Shown piece by piece: positions 43,333 to 54,300 of a DNA stretch of 64,000 nt (position 1 is the first letter of the stretch; each line of letters begins with the position of its first letter). Origin of the DNA: an uncultured bacterium (GTDB lineage: Bacteria; Omnitrophota; Omnitrophia; Omnitrophales; Aquincolibacteriaceae); the NCBI GenBank assembly GCA_964434115.1, contig CAYSSX010000001.1, positions 329,459 through 393,458 on the forward strand. Reading direction: 5' to 3'. Below the pieces are notes generated by a model. It made no database searches, was not told the DNA's origin, and saw only the letters and a program-made list of their open reading frames with translations. A program made the translations under genes and the position numbers.

Positions 43333-46221
43333 CTAGGCTGCCTTTAAAGAATCCTTGAGCCGTTCCAGCTGCGCTTTGACTTCTTCTAAAAGCACGGGGG
43401 CTTCGTCAAGGCGCTTTTCCTCGGCCGCGGTTTCAAGCCGGAGCGCGGCTTCGCTTAAAATCCGGGCCCCGATATTGGCCGCGGAACCCTTCAGCGCGTG
43501 AGCTTCACATTCCACGACCTCGACTTTTCCGGAAGCCAGCCCTCCGCGGATTTTTTCAATCTGCTGCGGCGCGTCCTCCAGAAAAATCCGGATCACGTCC
43601 TGGTACAGCCCCATGTCGCCCCCCATATGGGAAAGGCCCGCGTCGCGGTCCAGAACATCCGTGTCGCTGGAAGATGTATCGGTGCTTTTCTCATTAACTT
43701 TTGCGGGGTTTTCGATTCCCAGGCCGCAGGCCGCCTCGATCACTTGAAAGAGTTTGGGCGGCTGCACGGGTTTTGAAACATAATCATCCATGCCGGCATC
43801 CAGGCATTTTTCCCGGTCGCCTTTCATCGCGTTCGCAGTCATAGCCACAATCGGCACCCGCTTGCCGGTCTTTTTCTGATGCGCTCGGATGCGCCGAGTG
43901 GTTTCGTAACCATCCATCTCCGGAAGCTGAATATCCATCAGGATCAGGTCAAACTCCTGTTCCTCAACCAGCTTCAGGGCCTTAAATCCGTCCTCCGCAA
44001 TGACGGAGCGGTACCCTTGCCGGTCCAGAAGCCTCTGCGCGACCAGCTGGTTGACGGCATTGTCTTCCACCACCAGGATTTTCAAACTCGGGCGCACGGG
44101 TTTGGGTTTTAATTTCTGTCCGCCCTCGGCGCCTTTGCCCGGATCCGCGAGCACGTTCAAGACCGTGTCCAAAAGCCGGGACTGCGCGATCGGCTTTTTC
44201 AAACAGGCATCGACTCCCAATTGCTGGGCGCGGGCGCTCTCTTCGGGGCGCACGGCCGAAACCATCATAATGATTTTCATATTCTTACAGGCCGGTCTTG
44301 TCCGCAGTTCCTCCACCAGCATAAAACCGTCCATCTCCGCCATTCCGGAATCAATAATGCAGAAATCAAAAGACGATTTTCGCCCGGCTTTTTCATCCAC
44401 CTTCGCAAGCGCCTGCACCCCGTTGGCCACGGCTTCGGGCTTCATGCCCCAGCCTTCGCACATTTCGCGCAGGATGTGCCGGTGAGTCCCGTTGTCTTCC
44501 ACCACCAGCACCGCGAGATTTCGGATGTTGACGTCGCGGACCATCGTCAAACGGCGGCCGCCGGCTTTGCCGGGCTTGAATTTCGCCCGGAAGTGAAAGG
44601 CGCTGCCCGGGCCTCCGCCTTCGGTCTTCATGGCTTCACACGGGCTCTCCACCCAGACTTCCCCGCCCATCATCCGGATCAGTTTCGCGGAAATGGCCAG
44701 CCCAAGCCCCGTGCCTCCGTAACGCCGCGACATGGAATTGTCCGCCTGCTGAAACGATTCAAAAATAAGTTTCTGTTTATCCTCCGGAACACCGATACCG
44801 GTGTCCATCACGGAAAAATGAAGGGTCATCTCCTGATCGTTGGCCTGATCCAGCCCGACCTTGAGCACCACTTCCCCGCGTTCCGTAAATTTCAGGGCGT
44901 TGCCGACAAGGTTGATCACAATCTGCCGGAGCCTGCCCGGATCGCCTTCCACGGAATCGGGCACATGCGGCGGAATATGGCAGGCCAGTTCAAGCCCCTT
45001 GGCCTGAGCGCGGACCGCCAGAGTGGTCAGCGTGTCCCCAAGCGTGTCGCGCAGGCTGAACGGAACCGAGTCCAGCGTCATTTTTCCGGCTTCGATTTTC
45101 GAAAAATCCAAAATGTCGTTGATGATCCGGAGAAGGGAGTCCGAAGAAGTCTTGGCCACCTGCACGTATTCACGCTGTTCGGGCGTGAGTTCCATATCCA
45201 GCAGAAGATCGATCATGCCCTGAATCCCGTTCATCGGCGTACGGATTTCGTGGCTCATGCTGGCCAGGAACTCGCTCTTGGCGCGCGCCGAAGCCTGCGC
45301 CGCTTCCTTGGCCTTGTGCTCGATCTCCGCCTGCTTGCGCGCCGAGATGTCTCGGACCACGCCGATCGACCCGGTCTGTTTCCCCTGCGCATCCTTTAAG
45401 ACACTGATCGAAATCTCCACGTCCAAAGCTCCGCCGTCACCGCGGATCATCTGGGTTTCAAAATGGTGGTGCTGCTGGGTCTTGTGCTCGCTGAAGGAGC
45501 GGATTTTTTTCCACTCTTCAAGGGGGTAGAGTGCGCGGAGCGGAAAATCCTTGAGCTGGTCTTCTTCCAGCCCCAAAAGGTCCTGAAGCTGTTTGTTCCA
45601 CGAAACCAGCCGGTCGTCGGCGTCCGCCACCATAATCGGAACCGCGGAATTCTGAAACACCCGGCGGAATTTTTCCTCGGAATCCCGAAGCTGAGCCTCG
45701 GTGCGCTTGCGCTCGGAAATATCGCGGATAATCCCAATCGCGCCGGTGACCTTGCCTTCCTTGTTTTTGAGAACACTGATCGAGACGTCAATGTCGAGAA
45801 GGTCGCCGTTCTTTTTAATCATCACGGTTTCAAGGTGGTGGCGCATGCCTGAGGAACGGATGTCATAAGAACGGATCCGTTTCCATTCCTCGGGCGGGTA
45901 GAGTTCCCGGATCGGCTTGAGGGTGAGGTCTTTGGCGGTCATGCCCAGCATATTTTCCGTGAATTTATTCCAGGAGATCAAACGCTCTTTGTCGTCTACC
46001 ACCGTAATCGCGGCCGCGGAATTTTCAAACACGGTCCGGAACTTTTCTTCAGAAACACGCAGGGAGGCTTCAATCTGTTCGTGACGGGCTTCGAGTTTTT
46101 CGAGGGTTTTAATTTTTTTCTGAAGCTCGGCGATCTGCTTAAGAAGATCTTTGCTGCTTTTTTCCTGCTGCCCCATAGGACTCTTCCGGTTAATGGGTTG
46201 GGGTTTTTTACGGTTAACCAA
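43333..46221 (-). CDS. Hybrid sensor histidine kinase: 2×PAS, HisKA, HATPase_c, 2×REC, C-terminal HPt
   Basis: H-box [15 protein letters not shown]1 and G2 boxes: [17 protein letters not shown] and [13 protein letters not shown]. Two receiver domains with the Asp in IIDSGM and [13 protein letters not shown]. HPt motif [11 protein letters not shown]. Confidence 0.9.
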   Translation of the reverse strand: MVNRKKPQPINRKSPMGQQEKSSKDLLKQIAELQKKIKTLEKLEARHEQIEASLRVSEEKFRTVFENSAAAITVVDDKERLISWNKFTENMLGMTAKDLTLKPIRELYPPEEWKRIRSYDIRSSGMRHHLETVMIKKNGDLLDIDVSISVLKNKEGKVTGAIGIIRDISERKRTEAQLRDSEEKFRRVFQNSAVPIMVADADDRLVSWNKQLQDLLGLEEDQLKDFPLRALYPLEEWKKIRSFSEHKTQQHHHFETQMIRGDGGALDVEISISVLKDAQGKQTGSIGVVRDISARKQAEIEHKAKEAAQASARAKSEFLASMSHEIRTPMNGIQGMIDLLLDMELTPEQREYVQVAKTSSDSLLRIINDILDFSKIEAGKMTLDSVPFSLRDTLGDTLTTLAVRAQAKGLELACHIPPHVPDSVEGDPGRLRQIVINLVGNALKFTERGEVVLKVGLDQANDQEMTLHFSVMDTGIGVPEDKQKLIFESFQQADNSMSRRYGGTGLGLAISAKLIRMMGGEVWVESPCEAMKTEGGGPGSAFHFRAKFKPGKAGGRRLTMVRDVNIRNLAVLVVEDNGTHRHILREMCEGWGMKPEAVANGVQALAKVDEKAGRKSSFDFCIIDSGMAEMDGFMLVEELRTRPACKNMKIIMMVSAVRPEESARAQQLGVDACLKKPIAQSRLLDTVLNVLADPGKGAEGGQKLKPKPVRPSLKILVVEDNAVNQLVAQRLLDRQGYRSVIAEDGFKALKLVEEQEFDLILMDIQLPEMDGYETTRRIRAHQKKTGKRVPIVAMTANAMKGDREKCLDAGMDDYVSKPVQPPKLFQVIEAACGLGIENPAKVNEKSTDTSSSDTDVLDRDAGLSHMGGDMGLYQDVIRIFLEDAPQQIEKIRGGLASGKVEVVECEAHALKGSAANIGARILSEAALRLETAAEEKRLDEAPVLLEEVKAQLERLKDSLKAA

Positions 46222-46321
46222 AGTGTAGCAGAGGAAAAAGCAAAGGCCATAGGGAGGGCGTAAATTTCCCGATTATGGCGGCCGGAAAAAGGGAGTTATT
46301 TAAGAGGTGAAAAAAAGGCCT

Positions 46322-47374
46322 TTAGACAGGTGCCGCAAGGGCCCGGGACACGAGAAGGCTGTTGAGATGGTGCCCTTCTGAAAAGAGGTCCGCGAGGTAG
46401 CGGTCATACTTGTCGGACTTGGTGGTGCGGATCAAGACCCCTTCCGGGGCTTGCAGCCGGGCTTCCAGAAACTTCTTGGCCCGCCGCCCCGCCTCACTGC
46501 CCTGCTCAGGGGCATTGATGCCGCGCAGGCGCAGTTTCTGGCGAGTGAAAACTCCGAACCCAAGATCCACCTGCATCCAAACCGTGTCCCCATCCACCAC
46601 CCGTTCACAGAAGGCCCGGTAAAAATACAGGTCCGCCTCGCGGGCACCGTTGACACGGCTCATGGAGTAGTCGGCAGTGCCTGTGCCGCCTGTTTTTTTC
46701 TGGGAATAAACAATCTCTTCTGAAAAAAAACGTTTTGAGCTGGACGGCAATTCAAGGTACGTGGAAAAACCAAGGTCAATCAAAAGGCCGTCAGGGTTCG
46801 CGCCCGGCGCCTGGCTCCGGAAAAGCCGGTAGCGGTAGGGTTCCCCGGGTTTGAGTTTCGTCAGCTTCCCCTGGGGTTCGTCCGGACGGCCGGAAGAGAG
46901 CTTCCTGTCACCCGCGGCGGCCTCTTCCAGACGCCGGCTGCTCCAGCCCCATTCTTCGGCCTGGGTTTCAAGTTCTTTGCGAGCGCCTTCATCCTTGACC
47001 GGCAGCAAGGCCCGGTAATGACTCCAGGTCAATTTTCCCGGCGCCGGGAAATTCTCGTACGCGCGGGCAAATTGCAGCGCGTAATAAAGCAGGGTCTGGT
47101 TGGTGTTCAGGTCCTCGGACAAGCGGCTCAAAACTTTTTTTCCGTAATCGCCCCGCTCCTGACTTTGCAGGACATGCGCGTCAATCAAGCGGCCCACTTC
47201 CCAATACGTCCGGGTCTTTTCCTGCTCCACGGCTTCCTGCGCGCGGCGGCGCCCGGATTCAAGGGCCTCGCCCACCTCTTTTTTCAAATTGGCGTAGGTA
47301 CGGACATCCAGATTTTTTGAACTTGGGCTCAGAGCTTTATTTTTACGGGAAACTGCGGGCAATGCGGGCATCAA
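46322..47374 (-). CDS. DUF1016 (YhcG) N-terminal domain fused to a thermonuclease (staphylococcal-nuclease-like) domain
   Basis: The N-terminal half carries YWEVGRLIDAHVLQ...YGKKVLSRLSEDL, typical of the DUF1016_N domain. The C-terminal half carries the SNase motifs VVDGDTVWM, LRLRGINAPE and KSDKYDRYLADL. Confidence 0.55.
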   Translation of the reverse strand: MMPALPAVSRKNKALSPSSKNLDVRTYANLKKEVGEALESGRRRAQEAVEQEKTRTYWEVGRLIDAHVLQSQERGDYGKKVLSRLSEDLNTNQTLLYYALQFARAYENFPAPGKLTWSHYRALLPVKDEGARKELETQAEEWGWSSRRLEEAAAGDRKLSSGRPDEPQGKLTKLKPGEPYRYRLFRSQAPGANPDGLLIDLGFSTYLELPSSSKRFFSEEIVYSQKKTGGTGTADYSMSRVNGAREADLYFYRAFCERVVDGDTVWMQVDLGFGVFTRQKLRLRGINAPEQGSEAGRRAKKFLEARLQAPEGVLIRTTKSDKYDRYLADLFSEGHHLNSLLVSRALAAPV

Positions 47375-47490
47375 TAATCCTTCGTGTTTTGAAATGAAAG
47401 AAAGCGGATGAAATTGACGCCTATCTTACGGATTGCGGGATTTTTGTAAAGCTTGGGGACAGGCCTCGCGCGGATTCAACACCGCACCCG

Positions 47491-48393
47491 TTAGGCCGCG
47501 CTCTGAATCAAGCGGTTGGCGGAGAACTTGAAGGCTATTTCGAGAACCAGACGCGTGATACGGAGACGGCTCCCCTGCATCTGGAGAATCCCCGGCAGAA
47601 ACTCGGACAGTTTTTTGAGACGTTCCGCCGTGATCCGCGTCTTCCCGTCTTCGGCCAGCATCCGGGAAAGCAGAATCACCACGGGCAGCTCCTCACCGGC
47701 TTCGACTTCCGAAAGGACCGCGCGTCCGGAGAAATCGGAAAGCAGTTCCGCGTCCGGGAGACCGTAGACCAGGGCGCTCCCGAACTCATGCAGGTAACCC
47801 GCCAGGGATGCCGACAAAACCGCCTCGTTCATCTCCACGGGCGTTGCCACGCCCAGACTTCCCGCTTCCTGGAAAAAATCTTTCACGGCCGGGTCCTCCA
47901 TTTCATGCTCGAGCACCATCACCTTGACTTTCGCGGTCAACTGGGAAGGAAACGCGTCCCGGAGGGCTCCGAGTGTTCTTAAATAATTCAGCAGCCCGGC
48001 GCGCGCCTTTTCACTGCGGGGCAGCCGGTAGCCAAAAGCAAAAACGAGTTTCTTGGAAGTGTCCGCGCTCAAAGCCTTACGCACATCCCTTTCAAAACCG
48101 GCGAGCAGTTCCTGATAAAAAGCCGTTTGGGCCGTATCGTAATCGGGGTGCACTTCCTGGACATCCTCGGCCGCGGCCCGCCGTGGTTCCGATCCCGCGC
48201 TGAGAAGACTCGCGTAATGGGGATCCTGTCCCTGCTCACGCAAAGCCGATTCTACGGCCGGCATTTGACGCTGCGCCTTTTCGGCCAGCACGGCGGCTGC
48301 CTCCCGCCGCAGATTTCTTCCAAGGGCCAGGTCTTCAAGAACCGTCCGAACAACGTCCTGAAGCGCCTCGGCGCCGGTGTCTCCGCCGGACAA
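47491..48393 (-). other. Conserved C-terminal module of giant protein 2 (~300 aa, ends ...RLIQSAA)
   Basis: Paralogous to 9361..10203 (see that feature). Confidence 0.75.
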
Positions 48394-51300
48394 GCGCAGT
48401 TCGGAGCGCGCCTTGGCCTGCTCGGATTGCTTTTTCAACGCTTCGTAAATCTCCCGGTGTTCATCCACCAGCAGTTTCAGACTCCCCGAAAGAAGGCCGT
48501 GATAATCCTGGGTCAGGGTTTCAAAAAACGGCATGCTGAAGAAAAATCCCCGGGAAATTTCATCCAGGTTAATCGCCAGAGAAGCCTTTTCCTCATCATC
48601 CAGAATGTAGGCGTAAATCGTGACCCACTCCCGGTTCACCAGCCCGCCCTGAAATGATTCCCGGGGAAAACCGTTGGGCGGCGAAAGCAGAAGCAGCTTT
48701 TCGGGTTTGATTTTCAAACGGATTTCCTCTTCGGTTTCGCGGATCGCGGCCTGAATCCTCGACTCTCCAAGGTTCACGTGTCCGCCGGCCGAGACTTGAA
48801 GTTTTCCCGGCGACATATCTTTATTCATGCTTCTTTCCTGTAAAAAAAGCTTTCCGTTTTTGTCAAACACATAGACCTGCGTGACCGCGTGCCACTCGCC
48901 TTCCTGATGCGCCTTCAGCTTGCTCTGTCCGACAGCCGTAAGAAACTCTCCCGTGGCCGGATCCACGTACTGAAGAATCTCATCCGCGTGCGTGTACAGC
49001 TGATGAAAACTGCGGTCCAAAGTTTCCGTTTCCGGATGATCCGGAAGAGCGCGGAGCTCAGCGCGGCTGGCCTGGGAAAGCGTGCCTCCTGCGGCAATAT
49101 TCGAAACGCTCAAACGCCGGGAATTTCCCCGCTTCGGAACCGGACCGCCGCCCTTGCCCTTGGGCCTTACCACAGCGTTCGGAGAAAGCGCGAGCTCTGT
49201 GATGGTGAAAACACCCTTGGGCGTTTTTCCGGCTTTTTCAATTTCGAAAACCAGTGCGATTTTTGCGGTCTTCACGCCTTTCAAGGGCAAGGAGGAAAGA
49301 TCCAGCACCAAGGCTTCCCCGGGCTTCGGGGCACTGACTTCTAGGGTTCCAAGAACTTTTCCTGCGGGAGAATCGTCACTCAATTCAATCTCGAACTTGT
49401 CCGGAAGCACCGACTCTTTGCTAAATGCGATGCGGAGGGATTTAAAGGCTTCCGCGTCAGCGGCCTTGAAGTTACCGGTAAATCCACTGAAGCGGTTCTT
49501 GTTATCAAGGCTGAAAGCGATCTGGATCGAGCCGTCCGTATTTTTCTTTTCCATGTTATCCGGGGCCTTTTCAAGGTTCGTAAACATCGCAATCCCGGTA
49601 AACGCGGCTAAAAGGTCCAGGTCTTTACGGTTCACGGCCGCGTAGCGCCGGTCAAAGGCCTGAAACTCGGCGGCAATGTCGGGGTAATCTTCCCACTCCG
49701 CCACCACGGCGCGGAGAAACGGCGCTCCAAGCGCTTCAAGAATGAGACCCTGATTCATATAAATGCGTTTTTCGTGATACGGCGCGCCGGTCTTGGGATT
49801 ATAGGAATCCCCAAGCCCCCACAATTCACGGTAACCGTTGCGCTTGGTCACCGCGCGCACAAAGGCCTCAGCATTGTCCACGGATTCCGGGACATCGCTA
49901 AGCAGCGCCAGAAAGGGTCCTGCCGCCACGAGCACCGAGGCATCTTTAAGACCGTAGACAGCATAGGAATCCGCTTTCTCTCCGCTGCCAGGCGCCGACA
50001 CAGCCGCAACGTGCGCTCCTTTTTTGGCCACGGCCCGCGCGGCCTGAAAGTAATTTTTAGAACTGACCGCAAGCACGGCAGGCGAAACCTTGGCCGGGTC
50101 TAAAAACTGCAGGCCTTCGTATTCGGTCCAGGCGGATAAATTGGCGTCTCCATTGCCGATCGGAACATCACCCGCCGTGCCGGCCGCTTCCACCCATTCG
50201 TGACGCAGTTTTTTGAGAACTTCCAGTCCCTGAGCGCGCCGCGTCTTGAAATCCTTTTCCGGGTCGCCAAGGACTTCCGGCATCAAGAAGAAATCCCTGG
50301 CCTCCGTATGACGGTTATCAATAAAGGATTCGTTCAGAGTCAGGCTTTTATCTGCCGGATTCACAAACACCTGGCTGCGGAGCCTGCCCTCTTTATCAAG
50401 AAAGCCGCGGTAGTCCGCCTTGGCAAGCAAGGCTTCGGCTTTTTTCACAATCGTTTCATCTTTAAGGCCGCGCACGTACCCGCCTTTGAAAACTTCGGCA
50501 AGCAATTTTAGCCTTACGTGCGTCAGCGCCATATCGTAGGCCGCATAAGCCACACCTGTCTGGCCTTCTTTGCCGGGGATTTTCATCAGCTCCGTCTTAA
50601 AAGGCTTCGCGGCACCTTCTTTTTCATAAACAAGCGTTTCAGGCAATAGCCCGGTGTTCACGCCGTTGATGCGCAGGCCGAACTGATCCACCATTTTTTC
50701 AAACATCTCAAGCGATTTTGTGATTCTTTCCGTGACCTTTTTGGGATCACTCAGGGCTCCCCGGTCGCCAATGGGAAAATTGGAATGGGACAAAGCCGCG
50801 AGCAGGTCTGCACTCCACATAAACCCGATGTCCGCGGAACGAAGCCATGTTCCCACGGGATTGCGCGGCGCTTCACCCTGGTTGTAGGGCATTCCCACCG
50901 GAGAACGCATGCTCAAAAGACTGATCTGCGTATCGCGGTAAACCGGGCGCAGCGTCATGCGCCGGAGAAACGGATTCACGGGAAGTTTGATCTGACGCGG
51001 CTGATCTGCCGGAGCCTTTTTCTGCTGAGCCGCGGCAGGTCCTGTCATTCCCGTCAAGGCCGAAAGCCCCGTGGCCGTGGCCGATACCCAGCGGATAAAA
51101 TCCCTGCGCGTGGGATCCTGGCCCTGGCTCCTTAACTCCGAACGGTGCGGAAACACTTTACCCAGGACCCAGTCCGGATTTCTCAGGATTCGGGACCGGG
51201 TTTCCTCCAGCCTGCGGCCGGCCGCCGAAAAATGGGCATGAAGATCATTGACCGTCTTCTGCTGCAAAAGTCCGCTTTCATTAAGCACGCCGTGCGACAT

Positions 51301-54300
51301 CAATCCTTGAAGAATCTCAAGCGAGCGCAGGACACTGGCCCTGTCGCGCCGTTCTGTCTGGATCCGCCAGTCCAGAAACTCAAGAATATCTCCCGGGTGA
51401 GCGGGGTTGGAATCATACGTTTCCTCTTCATCGAGACGTTCCAGAAGCCTTAAATACGCAAGCAGTGTCTCGATTTTCTCCTGCGGGACTTCGCTCTCTT
51501 CATACCAGGCGGCGATAAATTCACGAGGCAAAGACTGATAGGGCACCACAGCGTTCAGAAGCGTATTCCAGCGCCTTCCGGTTTTCTCGAGGGTTCTTGC
51601 GATGCGTTCCCGAACCTCTCTCATTTCCCGGACCGATGTAACCACCTGGGCACTGTACTGAAAAAGACCCATAACCAGAAGGACCAAAACTGCCGCGCTG
51701 TAGAATTCAAATCCCTGAACAATCATACTGACTGCCGTAAGCGAAAGGCCTGCGGACAGAGCAAGCCCCGTAAGTAAACCGGGCCGCATGACCTGCACTT
51801 TTAAAAACCGGTCGCGGTCCCTCAGCACGTGCTCCATGGCATCCTGCCACTGATCATCCAGCGTCACGTATGAAAAGTCCTCCCGCTCTGCACGAAGCTC
51901 CGAACGCACAGGCGCTTCTGACGGCAGATCAATCGTGAACACCGTGCCCTCGCCAGTTTTGGTTTCCACGGAGATCTTTCCGCCCAGGCTGTTTTCAATC
52001 GATTCTTTCGTGAGCGCCAAACCAAGACCTGAGCCCCGGCTGCCTTTGGTGGTGAACAACGGTTCAAAAATCCGGGGCAGGACATCCTCGGGGATTCCGG
52101 TGCCGTTATCCCGCACGGTTATGCGGAGCGCAAACTGACTTTCTTCAGAATCCAGGGATTCCATTTTGAGGGTAATGCGGCGGGGGCGTTCCGGCGGGTT
52201 ATCTTCCGTCGCGTGCGCCGCGTTAATCACAAGATTGCGCAGCGCGCGGTAGAGCTCAAGAGGATAGGTCCGGATAAAAACAAAGCTCCGCGTGGTTTCA
52301 CCTTCCACCACGGCCTCCCCCGTGCTCTCAAAACCGGACACAGCATCTCGCAGCAAGGTCAAAGGACGCAGCATTTTAAGCGCTTCAACCTCAAGCCCCA
52401 AGGGCTGCGCGGTGAATTGATAAACCCAAGCCGACTGGGTCACAAGCTGATCTGCCGCTTTCTCGGCCTTCGGGTGGGAAGATTTCCGGATGCGTTCGGC
52501 CTCGACTTGAATTTTATCCGCCGCGAAAAAATCCCGAAGATCCTGAAGGAGCTTGAGAACCACGGCCTCCTTTGCTGGACCCGGATTCATGCTGCGGGCC
52601 GATGAATACCGCGATTTGAGAGAGGCGTAAGGCTTATAGAAATCCGTTCCCATCACTTCTTCGACCTTGGAAGCGTTCAAAGGATCAATTGTCGAATCCA
52701 CCAGCTCCAGCAGAGACATAATGTTTCCAAGCTCATGAAGGATTTGCCCGCTCGGAAGTTCCCCTTCGATTCTCACCAAAGCTTCAAGCGGCGCGGCCTG
52801 CGCTGAATCCGGGTCGCGGATCTCCAGCTCTTCATCAATCCGGAAAGCCAGGTCCTTGGCAAAAGCCTTTTCAGCCTGCGCCGTCAAGGTTCCGTAATTT
52901 CCTAAAATGAACGCGGTCAAAATCATGGAAGCGACATCAAACCCCGCCCCTCTGGCCAAGGCATTCAAAGCAGTTTCGACGACTTTCGGGTCCGCGTTTT
53001 GATTAAAGATAAGGCTGATGAGCCGGTCCAGCGCCTCCTGGTTCGCGGCAAGCCCCCCAATGGCCCGGACCGCGGAACGCGCCACCTGAATCGTTCCCGG
53101 CTGCCGCAAAATTTCAGACAGCGACGCGAGATCGCCTTCCTTTTCAAAAACCTTGATCAGTCCCATCAGGATCAGCGCGGGCACTTCGTCCTTCCGGGCA
53201 ATCTCCCGCAGAACCGGCAGGGCTTCCGCGCGTTCCGCCGCGGGAAACTCCGCGAGTGTGCGGATCGCGGCGTAGCGGACTTTTTCGCTGGGGTGAATAA
53301 GCCCAAAAATAACCACTTCGAACAGCGTGTGATGAAGCTTGAGAGGGTTTTCACCGGACAAGACAAAACCGATCCGGTCCATCAGGCGGACAAGACTCCT
53401 TTCCACCCGGGGCCCGTCGCTCATCTGCCAATCATCCAGGTCTCTGACCATCGGGCCTTCTTTGATATTTTTCGGAACAAAGGTTTCATAAATCGTCAGG
53501 TGATCAAAAACTTCTTCGTCCTGACTCACCGCGTCATTCAGCGCGCTGACACGCCTCACGATTTCCGGATCCGTAATGTCGTCGCCTTCTTCCGCGGCCT
53601 TCCGGGCAAGCTCAATCAAATGCTGATTCCGGTCCTGCTCCGAGCGAAGTTCGGAGCGGGGCTTGGGCGTCTCGTCTCTCGGAAATACCTGCAGGCCGGA
53701 CGCCCGCGTGTCAGAAGAAAACTGCATTCTCTGCAGGTCCACGGTCATTCCCTGGATCTGACCATCCGGGTAGCGCACAAGACTGCGGACGCCGTTTTTT
53801 CCAAGGCGCCGGATAAGGGACCTGTGAAAGGCCTGGGCTTCGGGCGTTTTGTCGATGCCCCACTCCCCGCGGTTATTCACCGGACCGATCTGAAAAGTTT
53901 TAAACCCCTGATTTTTGAGCATCTGGAAAAGCCGCCGGGCCAAAACTATTCCCAGGCCGCTGCCGCGCAAAGCAGGATTCACGTACAAACCGTTCCCCTG
54001 CAGACTCAAGTTGTGCGTGTCGGCTTGAAAGGCCCAGGCCGCGGCAGGCTGCCCGCCCAGGTACGCGATAAACACATCATTTTCAATGTCCCAGCGAATC
54101 GACCCATCCGGATCCGCGTAACGGTCAAAAAATGCCCAGTCAGAAAAAAGATCGGATTTCTCCGCCCGCCCCAGCACAGGGTAAGGCGCTCTTAACCCGG
54201 CCAAAAAGAAAGGTTCATCCTGCGTAAAATCACTGCCCATCAGGCGGAACTCAACGCCGCTGCCGCGCACCGTTCTGCGCAGGGCCAGCCTTGCCTCTTC

